From the NCBI GenBank assembly GCA_964016885.1, contig OZ024741.1, positions 146,320,001 through 146,384,000 of the forward strand: 64,000 nucleotides of DNA, written 5' to 3'. Source of the stretch: Eledone cirrhosa (lineage: Eukaryota). Positions 1 through 12,521 of this stretch are shown here, piece after piece (the first letter of the stretch is position 1; the number at the start of each line of letters is the position of its first letter). The notes under the pieces were generated by a model. The model saw only the letters and a list, made by a program, of their open reading frames with translations. It was not told the origin of the DNA and did not search any database. The translations under genes were made by a program, and so were the position numbers.

Positions 1-674
1 GTTGTGCACGCACTCGTTCAGTGCCCGAGCATTGCTGACTTGTGGAGCTATGTCGAACAGTTGCTGTCACGTGTGGGACTGATCCGGTTGTCGACTGAGT
101 CCATTGTGCAGATGGTCTCGCCGTCTTCCTTTGAGGAGGAAGGGCAGGCGGTTTTCATCTGCTTGGTGGCCATGGCGAAAGAGATTGTGTGGTGGACAAG
201 GTTAAAAGGATTAAAGACAAACACTTTCCTCTTCGGCGAATCCCTGATTAACTTTTTCAAGTTTCACTTGAAGAGGAAAATCAGGGTGGAGAGGCAAGTG
301 CTGCTTTCTAGCAAGTTTGTTGAAAGGTGGGTGAATGTAGCGAGAATGGTCCGAGTGAACGGGACCACTCTGAATATACGTCTGTAGTTTGAGAGATGGA
401 AAAATTGAGAGAGGGCGCTTGCCCTAGTGGTCAGGGTGGCCGTGGTCTTTTGTGTGGTTTTCGCCACGAGTAACCCTCGGAGGTTTCCCCCCTATTGGGG
501 GATTTTTCATTGTTTCAATTTTCATTTTATTGTTTATATATATATATGTTTCATGTCTTTTTTCTTTTCTTATATAAATAATAAAAATATTTACACGCAC
601 AAAACCCACATCGTACCGTCCTGTTCCGTCTGTGATGTTTTTCTTGATGTCAGCCCTTGTGGCCAATAAAGAAA

Positions 675-676
<2 letters not shown>
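1..676 (+). mobile_element. 3' end of Tx1/L1-clade non-LTR retrotransposon (ORF2 C-terminus + 3'UTR), cut by window edge
   Basis: ORF 4..387 (HALVQC...WWTRLKGLK...FFKFHLKRKIRVER...FVERW) is homologous to ORF 12522..12869 of the long copy; ends CCCTTGTGGCCAATAAAGAAATC followed by (ATT)n. Confidence 0.85.

Positions 677-724
<48 letters not shown>
677..724. repeat. (ATT/TAA)n microsatellite shared as tail by Tx1 (+) and Dong/R4 (-)
   Basis: Direct reading of the sequence. Confidence 0.95.
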
Positions 725-725
<1 letters not shown>

Positions 726-2285
726 TTTGAGTCTCACTCATTGATGTTATTTAACTGGAAAGTTTGTTGAAATGAATATCAAGCCGCTACCTGCAGCCTC
801 AGATATTCAGGACGTATCGGAGGGTTCTTACTGTTCCCAGCAAGCATGCCTTTTGAAGTGTTCCAAAAAGCGGAGCTGGTCTAATCTTCTTTAACTATCC
901 TTGGAAACTCTTTCAGATAGTACCTAGTGCGCCTATGACAATTGGGACGACCTTGACTTCATGGCAGTTCCAATTCCGTTTTACCTCCCACTTTAAATCC
1001 TGGTATCGGTCAATTTTCTCCCTCTCCTTTTCTTGCACTCTCATGTCAAATGCGCAGGCTACATCTACAATAAGGCACAATCTTTTTTCCTTGTCCAAAA
1101 CCACCAGGTCAGGCCTATTGTGTTCTAATTTCTTGTCCGTCTGTATCCTAAAATCCCATAGCACCTTCAACTGATCGTTTTCTATCACCGACTCTGGCTT
1201 ATGCTCATACCACTTCTCAGAATGTGGTAAATGGTTTACTTTGCATAGATGCCAGTGGATCACCTTGCCTATCACATCATGTCTCCAGCCTTTATAGTGA
1301 GTCTGGGCTAGGTGTTTTAAGGACTCCTCTTTTTAACTAGTTCCATGTCTGTGGATCTCTAAATTCCGTTTTCTAAAAGAAGGTGCTATGAAGGGATTTT
1401 TCATGAAGGTTGCTCTTCCTCCTAGGACATCCCCTGGTCTATTGTCTTCTCCTTCAGTACAATTTTGAGCATTGGCTCCCTACTGTTAGCCACATATTTG
1501 TGCAGGTTGTTTTTCTCCATCTGAACACAGTCCTCTATGCTGATAAGACCTCTTCCACCTTCAAATCTCTTTAAGTAGAGTCTATCAACATCACTCCTCT
1601 TGTGGAATATGTTGTAGATAGTCATTAGCTTCCTAGTCTCCCAATCCATTTCTTTTTGTTCAGCAACATTCCATTTCAGAATTCCTGCACTGTACCTAAT
1701 AATAGACACAACTCAGGAATTTACTGCACTTATGACATTCCTACTATTTAGATGTGATTTTAATATGTTCCTTACTCTCCTTATGTATTCAGATCTTATC
1801 AATTCCTTCATTTTTTTGTTCTTGATGTCATCTGCCTCCAGAACACCTAAATATTTGTATCCCTCTTCAGTGTCAATTTCCTTTATTATCTCACCTGTTG
1901 GTACCTGGATTTCGTTGCTTCTGCTCAATTACCCCTCTTCATCACTAGGACTCCACACTTACTAATACCAAATTCCATACAGATATCATTGCTGAAAATA
2001 CGGACAGTGTCAACAAATACATCCAACTCCTTCTGACTCTTCCCAAAGAGTTTAAGATCGTCCATGAAGAGGAGATGGTTAATGGTAAGCTCCCCTCTTC
2101 CCAACTTGTATCGTGCTCTCACTTTTCGCAATATGACGGACAGCAGTATAAGGGCAAGGACAAACAACAAAGGGGGCAAACTATCTCCCTGGAAGATACC
2201 TCTCTTGATCTTCATGCCTCCTAAGGATTCCCCACCTGATGTTAACTCTGTTTCCCAAGACTTCATACTTTTAAGGATATTTGTA
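725..2285 (-). mobile_element. Dong/R4-clade RLE LINE, family A, 5'-truncated, frameshifted
   Basis: RT motifs GIFQGDSL and HLLFMDDLKLF (ORF 1925..2266), YKYLG, RLYLKRFEGGRGL, RLE motif HNRPDLVV...IVDVAC...KIDRY; zinc-knuckle region deleted relative to the copy at 18900-19060. Confidence 0.9.
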
Positions 2286-2419
2286 CGGTATTAACGATCA
2301 AATAAATTTCCTATGAAAATTAATCAGAAAAGATTATGTGTTGACATATTACAAGGACAAAAATGTATGAAGTATGTGGGTGGTACATGTTAGAACTATC
2401 TTTTGGATTTCATAGTTGC

Positions 2420-4090
2420 CTGGTTTACCAAGTATGTATTATCAAAACTTTATGATACATAGTGCTCCTATCACTACCTGAATAGTTTGTGTTTTTAGGT
2501 GTCACATTCAGTTTATTTCAATTTCTAGATCTGTATATTTAGTAAGTTTCTCATACTCTTTTGACAGCACAGTCTTGTCAATGAGTAAGCAGGTCTTATT
2601 TTAAAAATCTTTAATAATAATATCAGGGAGGTTTGCATTAATAGGGAAATCTCTGTGAATGGTGAAGTCCAAAATGATTGTTACTCCATCAGTCTCAGTT
2701 ACTTGTGGTTTGTGTTTGAACCAGTTTTGTGTATGGCCAGCATTATATTGTTTGTATATTAACGAATGGATATATTGCCCCACCCTAACATGTCTAATCT
2801 TATATTCATTTGGTGCTAGTGTTTGTCATCCTGATATATGGCTGTACATCAAATATCCTGCATTTGGGGTCTGTTCCCTTTCAAAGAATAATAGCCTGAT
2901 AATTCCTAGTAAAAAGGCTCTGGTCCTGGGCAGTAAAAAACAACGCCTTCTGTTTCAGGATTTCATCCTGAACTTTGAAGCCATTGATGGGTTTGGGCTT
3001 ATTCTAACACCTCTTACTAACACCATCATTGATTCTTCCTAGGTACGTTTGTAAGTTTATTGTAATTATTTTGTATGATAGTTCCAGTTGGATTATCCCT
3101 CTTCCTCCTTCATGCATTTTGTTGGCTGTAAATTGTCTTTGAGTCCATTCTTTGATTATCAGATAAGTTCCAATTGATGATGTTATAACAGTATCATACC
3201 ACTGGTACAGCTAATATGTTTATAGCCTGGAAATAGTTTTTAGTATTTAGTTCAGTTTTCAGAATCAACCTTACTCTTCTGTAATACTCTTTCCATATTT
3301 TCTCCTTCATTTGATTATGTTTAATTCCATCACATTCATTTATGCCAAGATATTTATAGGTATCTTCTGGGACTAACTCCTGTATGGTTGTATGTATATC
3401 GAGTTTAACAGATGATGTTTTTGTTAGCTTTCCACTTTTAAATGTTGTTTTAATGTATTTGTCAAGGCAAAAATTCCATACCAATATTATTGCTAAATTG
3501 ATTAACAGTTGTTAAAAGTCCTTCTAACTCTTGTTCGTTTTTACCTTACAATTTTAGGTCATCCATAAAAACAAATGTTTAATAATATAATTGTTGCTAT
3601 TCAACTCATACCCATATCCCTTGATGTTGAGCTCCTTTGATATTGGAAAGACAGCAAGGCAAAAATGGGGAGGGGAGAAAGAGCCACCTTGGAATATTCT
3701 ACAATTGATTTTAATTTTAACTGACTTTATGACTCCTTTGCTATGGTTTAAAAAGAGGGCTGTAATCCATTTTGTTATGCTGATTATCAAAAGTTAAATA
3801 TTATGGAGATATTTTGTAAATTTCCATTCAATTTCTATAATCAATCAAAGCAGTGCTTAGATTTTTCATTTTGGACCAGCAATTTTCTAGAGTCATCTTA
3901 TTAATTAATAGTTGGCATTTGCACCCATATGAGTTTCCTTCTTTTTGTTCTTGTGGAAGGATTTCATTTTCATCAAAGTATTTGTACATCCACTCAGTTA
4001 GTATAGATGTCAGGATTTTGTAAGTCATAGAAAGAAAAGTTATTGGCCTATAGTTTTAGGGTGTTTTGTTTCAACCACTTTTGGGAGTGT
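2420..4090 (-). pseudogene. Old degenerate Dong/R4 LINE (RT to RLE)
   Basis: Fragments YKILTSILTE, YGCKCQLLINK, IFQGGSFSP, YKYLGI, INANLPDIIIKDF in collinear order. Confidence 0.8.
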
Positions 4091-4199
4091 AGATGGAAAA
4101 TGCACCAGAATATTTAGTTATGTTAAGTCACAACAAGGACCTCAGACATATACTACTTTCATTAACATATGCACAGTGCCAGGCAATGGATATTTTTGT

Positions 4200-4610
4200 A
4201 TGACACTAATCTTGCATGGTATTCCCAACCATTTTAAGACGTCTTTAGTATCAATGAGATTGACCCTAATGCCCAAATCACAACTTTTATCACTTTCACA
4301 TTATCCTTTCACATTCCAAACATTCTTGCCATCTTTACTTTCAATTGAGAATAGTTGGTGACTTTTTTCAACCTCTTTACTCACAGTATTCATATCATTT
4401 GATATGGCTACATCTATGATCTGACAGTATTTGTCTTTCCTGTTTAATACAACAGTATCCAGTTGGTGATGCTCAATTACACTATCATTCTGAAAATCAT
4501 AATCCCAAAATATCATTGCTTTCCCATCCTCCTGCATGGCTTTACAAGGCACATGCTCATACTAATTCACTATTGCTTCATATTGGTATTTACAGCATAG
4601 AATTATGATA
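4200..4610 (-). pseudogene. Degenerate R4/Dong RLE-domain fragment
   Basis: ORF 4301..4552 IFWDYDFQND...DTVVLNRKDKYCQIIDVAIS. Confidence 0.65.
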
Positions 4611-5029
4611 GAATAACTTTAGATTTAAAAAAAAGGCATTTAAAAAAATCAGTTTTGAGCCCTAGAACCTTGAACAATATTAGGCAATATGGTATCAAAA
4701 GTATTAAATACAAAGAAATTTATATTTTTTTCTAATATCTTACCTTGTAATACGGATGGATACAACATCAGGTGTATTGTCTTTGGTATTTATAAAGTAT
4801 GTTGCCATACCTTTAATTATTTATATCAAAATGAAACTGTATTTTCACAACAGAGACAGTACTGCTGTGTTAAGGCAGCTTAATGTTAATGGAAGACTGT
4901 TGGTCTGTATTTTGTTTGTTTTAGCCCACTAATGAACTGACAGCAAGAAAATGAGACTTATAATGCAGCAGATTGTTTACTCATCAGAAGATAATCCTGA
5001 GAAGATTAAGTTGTGTACCTGTCGGTGAG

Positions 5030-5270
5030 TATGTGCATATGTATTTGGCTTACATTTGTATTTGCTGATTGTAAGCAAATAGGTACGACTGCATGTATGT
5101 GTTTGGACATGTTTATATATGTGTGTGGGTGTGTGGGTGTGGGTGTGTGGGTGTGTGTGCATTGTGTGTGTATGTGTGTAAACATGTATACATATGTGTG
5201 TGTGAGTGTGTGTGTGTGCGCATATGTGTAACCATATGTATGTATGTATATATATATATATATATGTATA
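5030..5270. repeat. Compound (GT)n/(AT)n microsatellite
   Basis: Direct reading; source of spurious ORFs. Confidence 0.9.
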
Positions 5271-5617
5271 AATGTTTTTATGTATTTATAAAATACCACA
5301 TAAGTAAAGTAGTATTCAATGTATAGATATTTCAATTCTAACTTCCTAATGGGACTATATGCTCGTATATGTATGCAAGTGTTTATATATACAATGAGAA
5401 AGAGCTATGGGGGAGAGAAAGAAGATAAATAGATATACCAATTGATAGATGGATGAGTCAACTTCTACATGATAGCTCAACCTGCTAAAAATAGCAGTTA
5501 AATCTCCTTCATATCACACACTACCATATCTTTTAAAGAGTAAAATCACAATCATTAATGTCACCTTAGATACACTTTTCCTTAAAAAATAAAGATGGGG
5601 TTGCCAGCACTAGCATA

Positions 5618-5966
5618 TCATCATCATCATCATCATCATCATTTTACGTCCACTTTTCCCTGCTTGCAAAGGTGGGACGGGAACTGATTCTGGCTTGATT
5701 TCTACAGCCGGATGCCCTTCCTAACACCAACCTCATTTACAGTGAGTGCTGGGTGCATTTTTGCCATGACACCTCCACGACCACTTTGCAGTGGAATGAT
5801 AGGGATTCCAGTCCCTATCATCTCATTTCTACAGCTGAGTAAACTAGAGCAATGTGAAATAAAGTGTCTTGCTCAAGGAAACAACACATCACCCGGTCTG
5901 AGAATTGAACTCACAACCTTTCGATTGCAATGCCAATGTTCTAACCACTAAGCCATGTGCCTCCAT
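5618..5966 (-). mobile_element. tRNA-derived SINE (Meta-like core, RTE-type 3' end, (GAT)n tail)
   Basis: A box TGGCTTAGTGG, B box GAGTTCAATTC, core TCCTTGAGCAAGACACTT, tail region GTTAGGAAGGGCATCC shared with the RTE 3'UTR; five near-identical copies in the window. Confidence 0.9.
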
Positions 5967-6597
5967 ACACCTTTCAAATTCTCTCAAGACTTGCCAGGAC
6001 TTTAACAAATAGAATGAAATTCTATTGACATCTTAGACATAAAAGTAAAGTCGACTTTACATGATTTAACGTAATAGTGTCAGAGTTTTGGAAATGAACT
6101 GTTTAATAGTTCAGCTACTATATTTGTATTGAAAGAGACTGCTTGTAATTTTCAAAGCATTCTGAAACAACTAAAAAATTAGTGTGTAAAATAACTAAAT
6201 TTCTCATTATTTATGATGAAAATTATAATGAAAGTTTTTGAGAAACTGTTGTATAATAGAACCAGAAGTGCTTTCAGTGACTTTGGCATGAAAAAGGTTA
6301 AAGAGATGAAATTTCCATTGACACCATGTCACAGTTTGGAAAATAAGTGTTTAATCAGTTAAATCAATCTCTGAATATTGTTGGCAATAGACAAATTTGA
6401 AATCACAAAAGACAAATTTGAAATCAGCATCTAAAAAGCCAAAAGGAAATATCATAAGAAACACAATACAGTATTCTTTTATTTCTAATACTCCACCCTA
6501 CTTCAATATACTGTGTATATTAAACCTTTTGTTATCAACCCAAAACTAGCTCTGGGTTTTTAAACAAAATCACCTGTTTTAAACAGTTCTTATTTAA

Positions 6598-6800
6598 ATT
6601 ATTTCTACATTTGGCACAAGAGCAGTAATTTGAAAGAAAGTGGAAAACTGATTAAATCGATCCTAGTACATCTCTGGTACTTTATTTTATCAAGTCCATA
6701 AGGAAAGCTAACGTCACTGGGATTTGAAAGCAGAATATAGAAGGCTGGAACTATATGCCGCAAATCATTTTGTATGACGCTCTAATGATACTGCCAATTC
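6598..6800 (-). mobile_element. Old Nin-domain SINE copy
   Basis: Degenerate match to copies at 9855 and 21595. Confidence 0.7.
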
Positions 6801-7312
6801 AATATGATTTTACATAAGTACCATATGTTAAGTTACTTTTAGTAATGAAATAATTTTTAGTAACTATTTTTAGTAACTATTTAATAACTATCTTTTAATT
6901 AATTGAAAAAGGATTAAAATATTTTTAAAATTCACATATTGGATATGTGGTGTGGGTTGTTATTGTATTGGCTAGTGTAATTGTTGTGTGTATGTGACAT
7001 GATGTTATATCAGTTGTTAGTCATTGTAGTGGTATAGAGAGGGGCCTTAGCGCTCTGGAACTAAAATATTTTTAGTGCCTTCACTTTGATTTATCCACCA
7101 TGATAGTCCAGAGGAAATGTTGCATCCCGTAATTCTTTTGCGACCATCAACACTTGCTAGCAAGGTCAATGTTAAATGATGATGACTATGAGTTCTAACA
7201 AAAATATATTTTGCTTTTGTGTATTAATTATCAAAGAAATCAAGAATTAGTAACATTCAACTTAATTTATAGACAAATATTTAAGTCCAGAAAACTCATG
7301 TTATCTAAAATG

Positions 7313-7520
7313 TAATAATAGTTTCCAATCTAGGTACAAGGCCAACAATTTTCAGGAGGGGAAAGTCTATTAAATCGACCCCAGTGTATTACTGGCATTT
7401 TATTTTATCAACCACATAAGGATGAAAGGCAAAGCTAAACTTGGCAGGATTTGAACTCAGAATCTAAGACACCATAAAGCATATTGTCTGACACTCTATC
7501 GATACCTCTAATCCACTGCC
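7313..7520 (-). mobile_element. Old Nin-domain SINE copy
   Basis: GGATGAAAGGCAAAG...GGATTTGAACTCAGAAT. Confidence 0.75.
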
Positions 7521-7859
7521 CTATCTGTCAGGTAATAATGAGATTTCAGTAAAGTTCTGATTACAAATCTGAACACTTTATTAGAAGCAGTTTTAGACAA
7601 GTTGGTATTTCATGGGTTAACACGTCTGCCTGGAGTGGGGAGTAGCTACACCTCTTTCCCCTGCCTGTAACTATACTTCTGTGTAATTGTGTAACGTCAT
7701 GTTGTATAAGTGGTATCATCACAGTATTAAGAGATGTTTATGAGGCATCCTAGGGTTAAATAAGCTTTATTTTTAATGCCAGAATGTGAAAGCTGTATAC
7801 ACTTGAACAATGTCAAATATTTTAATTAACCAAAATGTTCTCATGGTGAAGTTCACTTC

Positions 7860-7990
7860 AGAACCATGTGGTTTCAGTCCCACTGTGTGGTATCTTGGAT
7901 AAATACCTTCTACTATTGCTTTGACTTGACCAATGTCTTATACATGAAATTTGGGAGATTAACACTTTGTGGAAATCTATCATATGTACC
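7860..7990 (+). mobile_element. Degenerate tRNA-derived SINE (third family)
   Basis: GTTTCAGTCCCACTGTGTGG...TTCTACTAT; related to 10870-11020 (-). Confidence 0.55.
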
Positions 7991-8099
7991 TCTACTTTAC
8001 ATACATACACACACTCATACCTACATACCACATATATATATATACATAAATAAATTCCAGAGAATATAACAGCTGAATAATAATATGATTTTCTGAACA

Positions 8100-9135
8100 A
8101 TCTGTGCACAATAAATCAATGGCCTACAATGTATTTGCTGTGCCTGTGCTGACACCAGCATTTGGACTATTTGTCTGGACACTAGATGAGATCTGAGCCA
8201 TTGATGTTGAAACCCGAAAAGTTCTAACCAACACCAGAAATGTCCACATCAACAGTAACATAGACTGCCTCTACTTGAAATGTCAATGGGGATGCAGAGG
8301 CTTAACAACATTTGCATGATGCATCATATTTCCAAGAACATCTATGAACCACTAAGCGTAGAAACCCTTCTATAGAAAAATCTGTATACATGAGACAAAT
8401 AACATCATAAAAGTTGGGAAGGAACTCCTTGAGAAACACTCATTGTATGATAACCAAACACTCACACCCTGGGAAATTGCACAACACCACAATGAATCCA
8501 TGGATGAAAAACTACATGCTTATCAGCAAAACATCATTCATGGCTATGTTGCCAGGAAGCTTCAAAATAAGAGTAATATAGATAAGCAAAGTAGTCTATC
8601 AACAACCAGTATATTGGTTCTCTCTGTGAAGGATATGCTTTTTCAATCCAAGAACAAGAACTAACAATGTACTTGATGCAAAATAGATAGGGATGCAGGC
8701 AAAACACCTAGATGTGACAAAGGATACAGACTCTGAAGAATAAACATACCCATATTATAAGCAACAGTCCAAAAATGTCATCATGATAATATCTACCTAT
8801 GAGGCATGAAGTAGAGATCAAAACAGTATACAACACAATCCATGGAAAAGAACATCCTGAGAATAGACATTTAAAAAGTTACATATGCATACACAATATG
8901 AAAGAGTACTGGTAGAATGTTCCAGTAAAAACCCCAATAAAATGCAAACACAACAAATCAGGCATAGTTATATGGGACAGGGAAAAGAGAGCATGCACAG
9001 TAGGGGAAATTAGCTGCCCGGCTGATGTCAATATAAGTGAAAAGGGAACATTTATACAGAACTAGTGAGGAATCTTCAGATACTCCACTCTAATTATACC
9101 ATTAGATTTATACTTGTGATCATTGGGGCTAACTG
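8100..9135 (+). pseudogene. Highly degenerate Dong/R4 LINE 3' half
   Basis: Manual translation gives AYNVFAVPVLTPAFG, IHGYVARKL, EGYAFSIQEQEL, IVIWDREKRACTVGEISCPADVN. Confidence 0.7.
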
Positions 9136-9854
9136 CCTCAGTATAAATCTAGTGAAGCTGGGCCAGAAAGAGCATGGGTAGTTATGAAGTTGGAAGTACA
9201 GTCCATTAATGGAACTGTAAATATATGTAAAATATTTCAAAAATTCAGCATGTAATAATTGTATATCCCCATGTATAGACACAGAAACATATGCACATGT
9301 ACACATATAACTCAAACATGCAGATCCACACATACAATAACATCCATATCTCCACACACACCCAAACACATACAGACAAACGTATTTACCTAGCTGATGT
9401 CCAAATTCCAATGAAAGAGACTTGTTTCTATGTTAAAAACTGGCTCTCTATCTATTGGTGAAAATTTATAAAATAATAAATCCAGAAGCCTATTGCATCA
9501 AGATTAAAATCATATTGTCAGGTATTCTAAAATATCCTAAAATAAATTTTGTACTTTTTCTAAAGTTTAATCAACACAGCATTTGTACTAAGTGTAAACT
9601 AACTGAAACTGATAACAACAACTTCATACTTTGTGACACAGCATTAATCCATTTGCATCAGAGCAATATATTTTACTTATAGCATAAAACAGAAAAATAT
9701 ATATACATTATTGATATTATATGACAGAAAAAAAAGAAAAATTATGAAGCACATGAATGAAGAATTGAGTCTACTGCTTCAGGTTTTAATAAGATTCTTA
9801 ATTAACACAAAATGTACTTTCTTTATATATGGAGATAGAAATGCACTTAGAACA

Positions 9855-10043
9855 TAATTGTTTCTACTTTTGGCACAAGGCCAGCAATTACCCAGTACAT
9901 TACTGGTACTTTATTTTATCGACCCCGTAAGGATGAAAGGCAAAGTTAACCTCGGCGGGATTTGAACTCAGAATGGCAAGGGCCGTAATTCTTTCTGCAA
10001 AGCAAGGCGTCTGACCCTCTACCGATACTGCCATCCACCGCCA
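9855..10043 (-). mobile_element. Nin-domain tRNA-derived SINE with 19-bp TSD
   Basis: A box TGGCAGTATCGG, B box GAGTTCAAATCCC, CTTTGCCTTTCATCCTTACGGGGTCGATAAAAT; TSD AATGCACTTAGAACATAAT at 9840-9858 and 10047-10065. Confidence 0.9.
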
Positions 10044-10229
10044 TCCAATGCACTTAGAACATAATGATACATGATATTGCAGTAGATATGAAATACACCT
10101 ACAGTCACAAGAACATCGATGTAATATAACATTAAAGAATTAGATATAACAGACTCACATGTAAGCAACTGGTCTCTACCACAAATCTGAGAGTTTCTCT
10201 ATGCTTTAGCTATCAGAAATATTGAGAGT

Positions 10230-10480
10230 TTAACTCTTTTGATATCAAACTGCTTGTTTCTATGATACAAACTTGTTTATTTTAAAGTGTTTATATTTAT
10301 CTAAAAAGATTTCATCATATTTTTATGTAAGAACCTTTTTTACATTATGTTCCAAACACCAGCATAACAATGAGAAAATTAGTTATATTATAAAATCCTC
10401 GAAATTCTTAATTATTTTCAAAATGATTTGAAAATGATAGGAAGAGTCTTTCACTAGAAATATGGTAATGAAAGGGCTAA
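10230..10480. mobile_element. AT-rich MITE-like repeat with TTAA(C)CCT...AGGGTTAA-like ends
   Basis: Similar ~250-320 bp degenerate copies near 6130-6300, 30900-31301 and 32149-32476; ends resemble piggyBac-type termini. Confidence 0.45.
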
Positions 10481-10869
10481 GAAGATTATATGAAGACAAA
10501 AAATAAGAAAGAACATATTAGAGAGTTAATAAACAGAACTGATATTTTTTCTGAAGACTATTCTTTATACTAAAAAAAAAATAAAATAACTGAAACTGAC
10601 ATGGTTCTTCCAGCTATGTCACTGGAGAGTAATTAAACAGTAAGATAAGTTAGTTATTTTTTACTATAATTTCGAGGTGAGGATTAATTAATTTACACAA
10701 GATGTGGACTAACTCAAACTAAGAGAAATAACCTCTTAACATCTGATACAGCAGAAACAAGTTTTTATCAAAATGTGTGGGTGTGTGTGTGTCTGTGTTT
10801 GTGTGTGTGTGTATACATATATATATTAGCAGTTCTCTCTTTCTCTCTCTCTAGATATTTATAAGAAAG

Positions 10870-11020
10870 GACACTGCAGTTTCAATCTACCAAATTAAAC
10901 TCACAAGGCATTAGTCAATATGAGGCTATAGCAGAATACACTTGCCTAAAGTGTTGTTTAGTAGGATCGAAACCTGAACCACGTGGTTGTGAAATGAATT
11001 CCTTAACCATACAGCCATGC
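10870..11020 (-). mobile_element. Degenerate tRNA-derived SINE (third family)
   Basis: - strand TGGCTGTATGGTTAAG...GGTTTCGATCC...GGCAAGTGTATTCTGCTATAGCC. Confidence 0.6.
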
Positions 11021-11279
11021 ATACTCTTATATATGAACATTTCAAAATGAAGTGTGGTTTCAGGAGGATTACTTTCAAAAGACATGAAGACAACTTCAAA
11101 AATATGTCCATACTCTAAAATTCAAGCCAGAATTGTCACAAAGTTATACACTCCTAATGATATACTTCAAAATGTTCATGATATCAGAGACCCATGCCAA
11201 TATTTAATGGTAGTAACTCTGAATAAAAACTTAATGAAACTGCTTGTGGAAAGCAGATATAATATGATGATGATGATAA

Positions 11280-11630
11280 TCATCATCATCATCATCATCA
11301 TCATCATTTTACGTCCGCTTTTCCCTGCTTGCAAGGGTGGGACGGGAACTGATTCTGGCTTGATTTCTACAGCTGGATGCCTTTCCTAACTCCAACCTCA
11401 TTTACAGTGAGTGCTGGGTGCTTTTTTGCCGTGGCACCTACACGACCACTTTGCAGTGGAATGATAGGGACCCCAGTCCCTATCATCTCATTTCTACAGC
11501 TGAGTAAACTGGAGCAATGTGAAATAAAGTGTCTTGCTCAAGGAAACAACACATCACCCGGTCTGAGAATTGAACTCACAATCTTTCGATTGCAAGGCCA
11601 ATGCTATAACCACTAAGCCATGTGCCTCCA
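11280..11630 (-). mobile_element. Meta-like/RTE-tailed SINE
   Basis: Near-identical to 27382-27731. Confidence 0.9.
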
Positions 11631-11827
11631 TAATAATAATAATAATTGTTTCTACATTTGGCATAAGGCAAGCAATTACCCAGTGTATTACTGGTACTTT
11701 ATTTTATCGACCCCGTAAGGATGAAAAGAAAAGTTAACCTCGTCGGGATTTGAACTCAGAATGGCAAGGGCCGTAACTCAATGCGTCAAAGCATGGCGTC
11801 CGACCCTCTACCGATATTGCCAATCCA
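11631..11827 (-). mobile_element. Nin-domain SINE with (ATT)n tail
   Basis: Near-identical to 21595-21784. Confidence 0.9.
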
Positions 11828-11837
11828 AACAATAATA

Positions 11838-12270
11838 AGAAGAAACTGGAACACAATAGACCTGACCTGGTGGTTGTGGACAAGGAAAAAAGATCATGCC
11901 TGATTGTAGATGTAGCCTGTCCATTTGACACAAGAGTGCAAGAAAAGTAGAGGGAGAAAATTAACCGATACCAGCACTTAAAGTGGGAGGTAAAAAGGAT
12001 TTGGAACTGCCATGAAGTCAAAGTGGTCCCGATTGTCATAGGCGCACTAGGTACTATCACAAAGAGTTTCCAAGGATGGTTAAAGAAGATTAGTCCAGCC
12101 CCGCTTTTTGGAACACTTCAAAAGGCATGCTTGCTGGGAACAGCAAGAACCCTCCGATACATTCTGAATATCTGAGGCTGCAGGTAGCGGCTTAATATTC
12201 ATTTCAACAAACTTTCCAGTTAAATAACATCAATGACTGAGACTCAAAGAATAATAATAATAATAATAAT
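11838..12270 (+). mobile_element. Dong/R4 family A 3' fragment with (TAA)n tail
   Basis: HNRPDLVVVDKEK...; same 3'UTR as 725-800 (-), 19570-19645 and 38990-39063. Confidence 0.9.
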
Positions 12271-12521
12271 GCTTTCTTTATTAACCACAAGGGTTTACAC
12301 AAAGTAGACATTAAGGATAGTACAGGACGATACAGGACAGTACAAATGGGCATTTCTGCATGTAAAAAAACAAAAAAGAGAATATCTAACAAAAAAGAAC
12401 AATGAAAAATTCCCCAATAGGGGGGAGACTTCCGAGGGCCATCGTGGAGAAAGCCCATTAAAAAGCCACGGTGACCCTGACCACCAAGACAAGTGCCCTC
12501 TCCCAGTTTTCCACCTTTAAT

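Noticed and set aside
5712-5951. Repeated 79-aa ORF MPFLTPTSFTVSAG... in five places
   Set aside because: Antisense frame of a tRNA-derived SINE, not a gene family.
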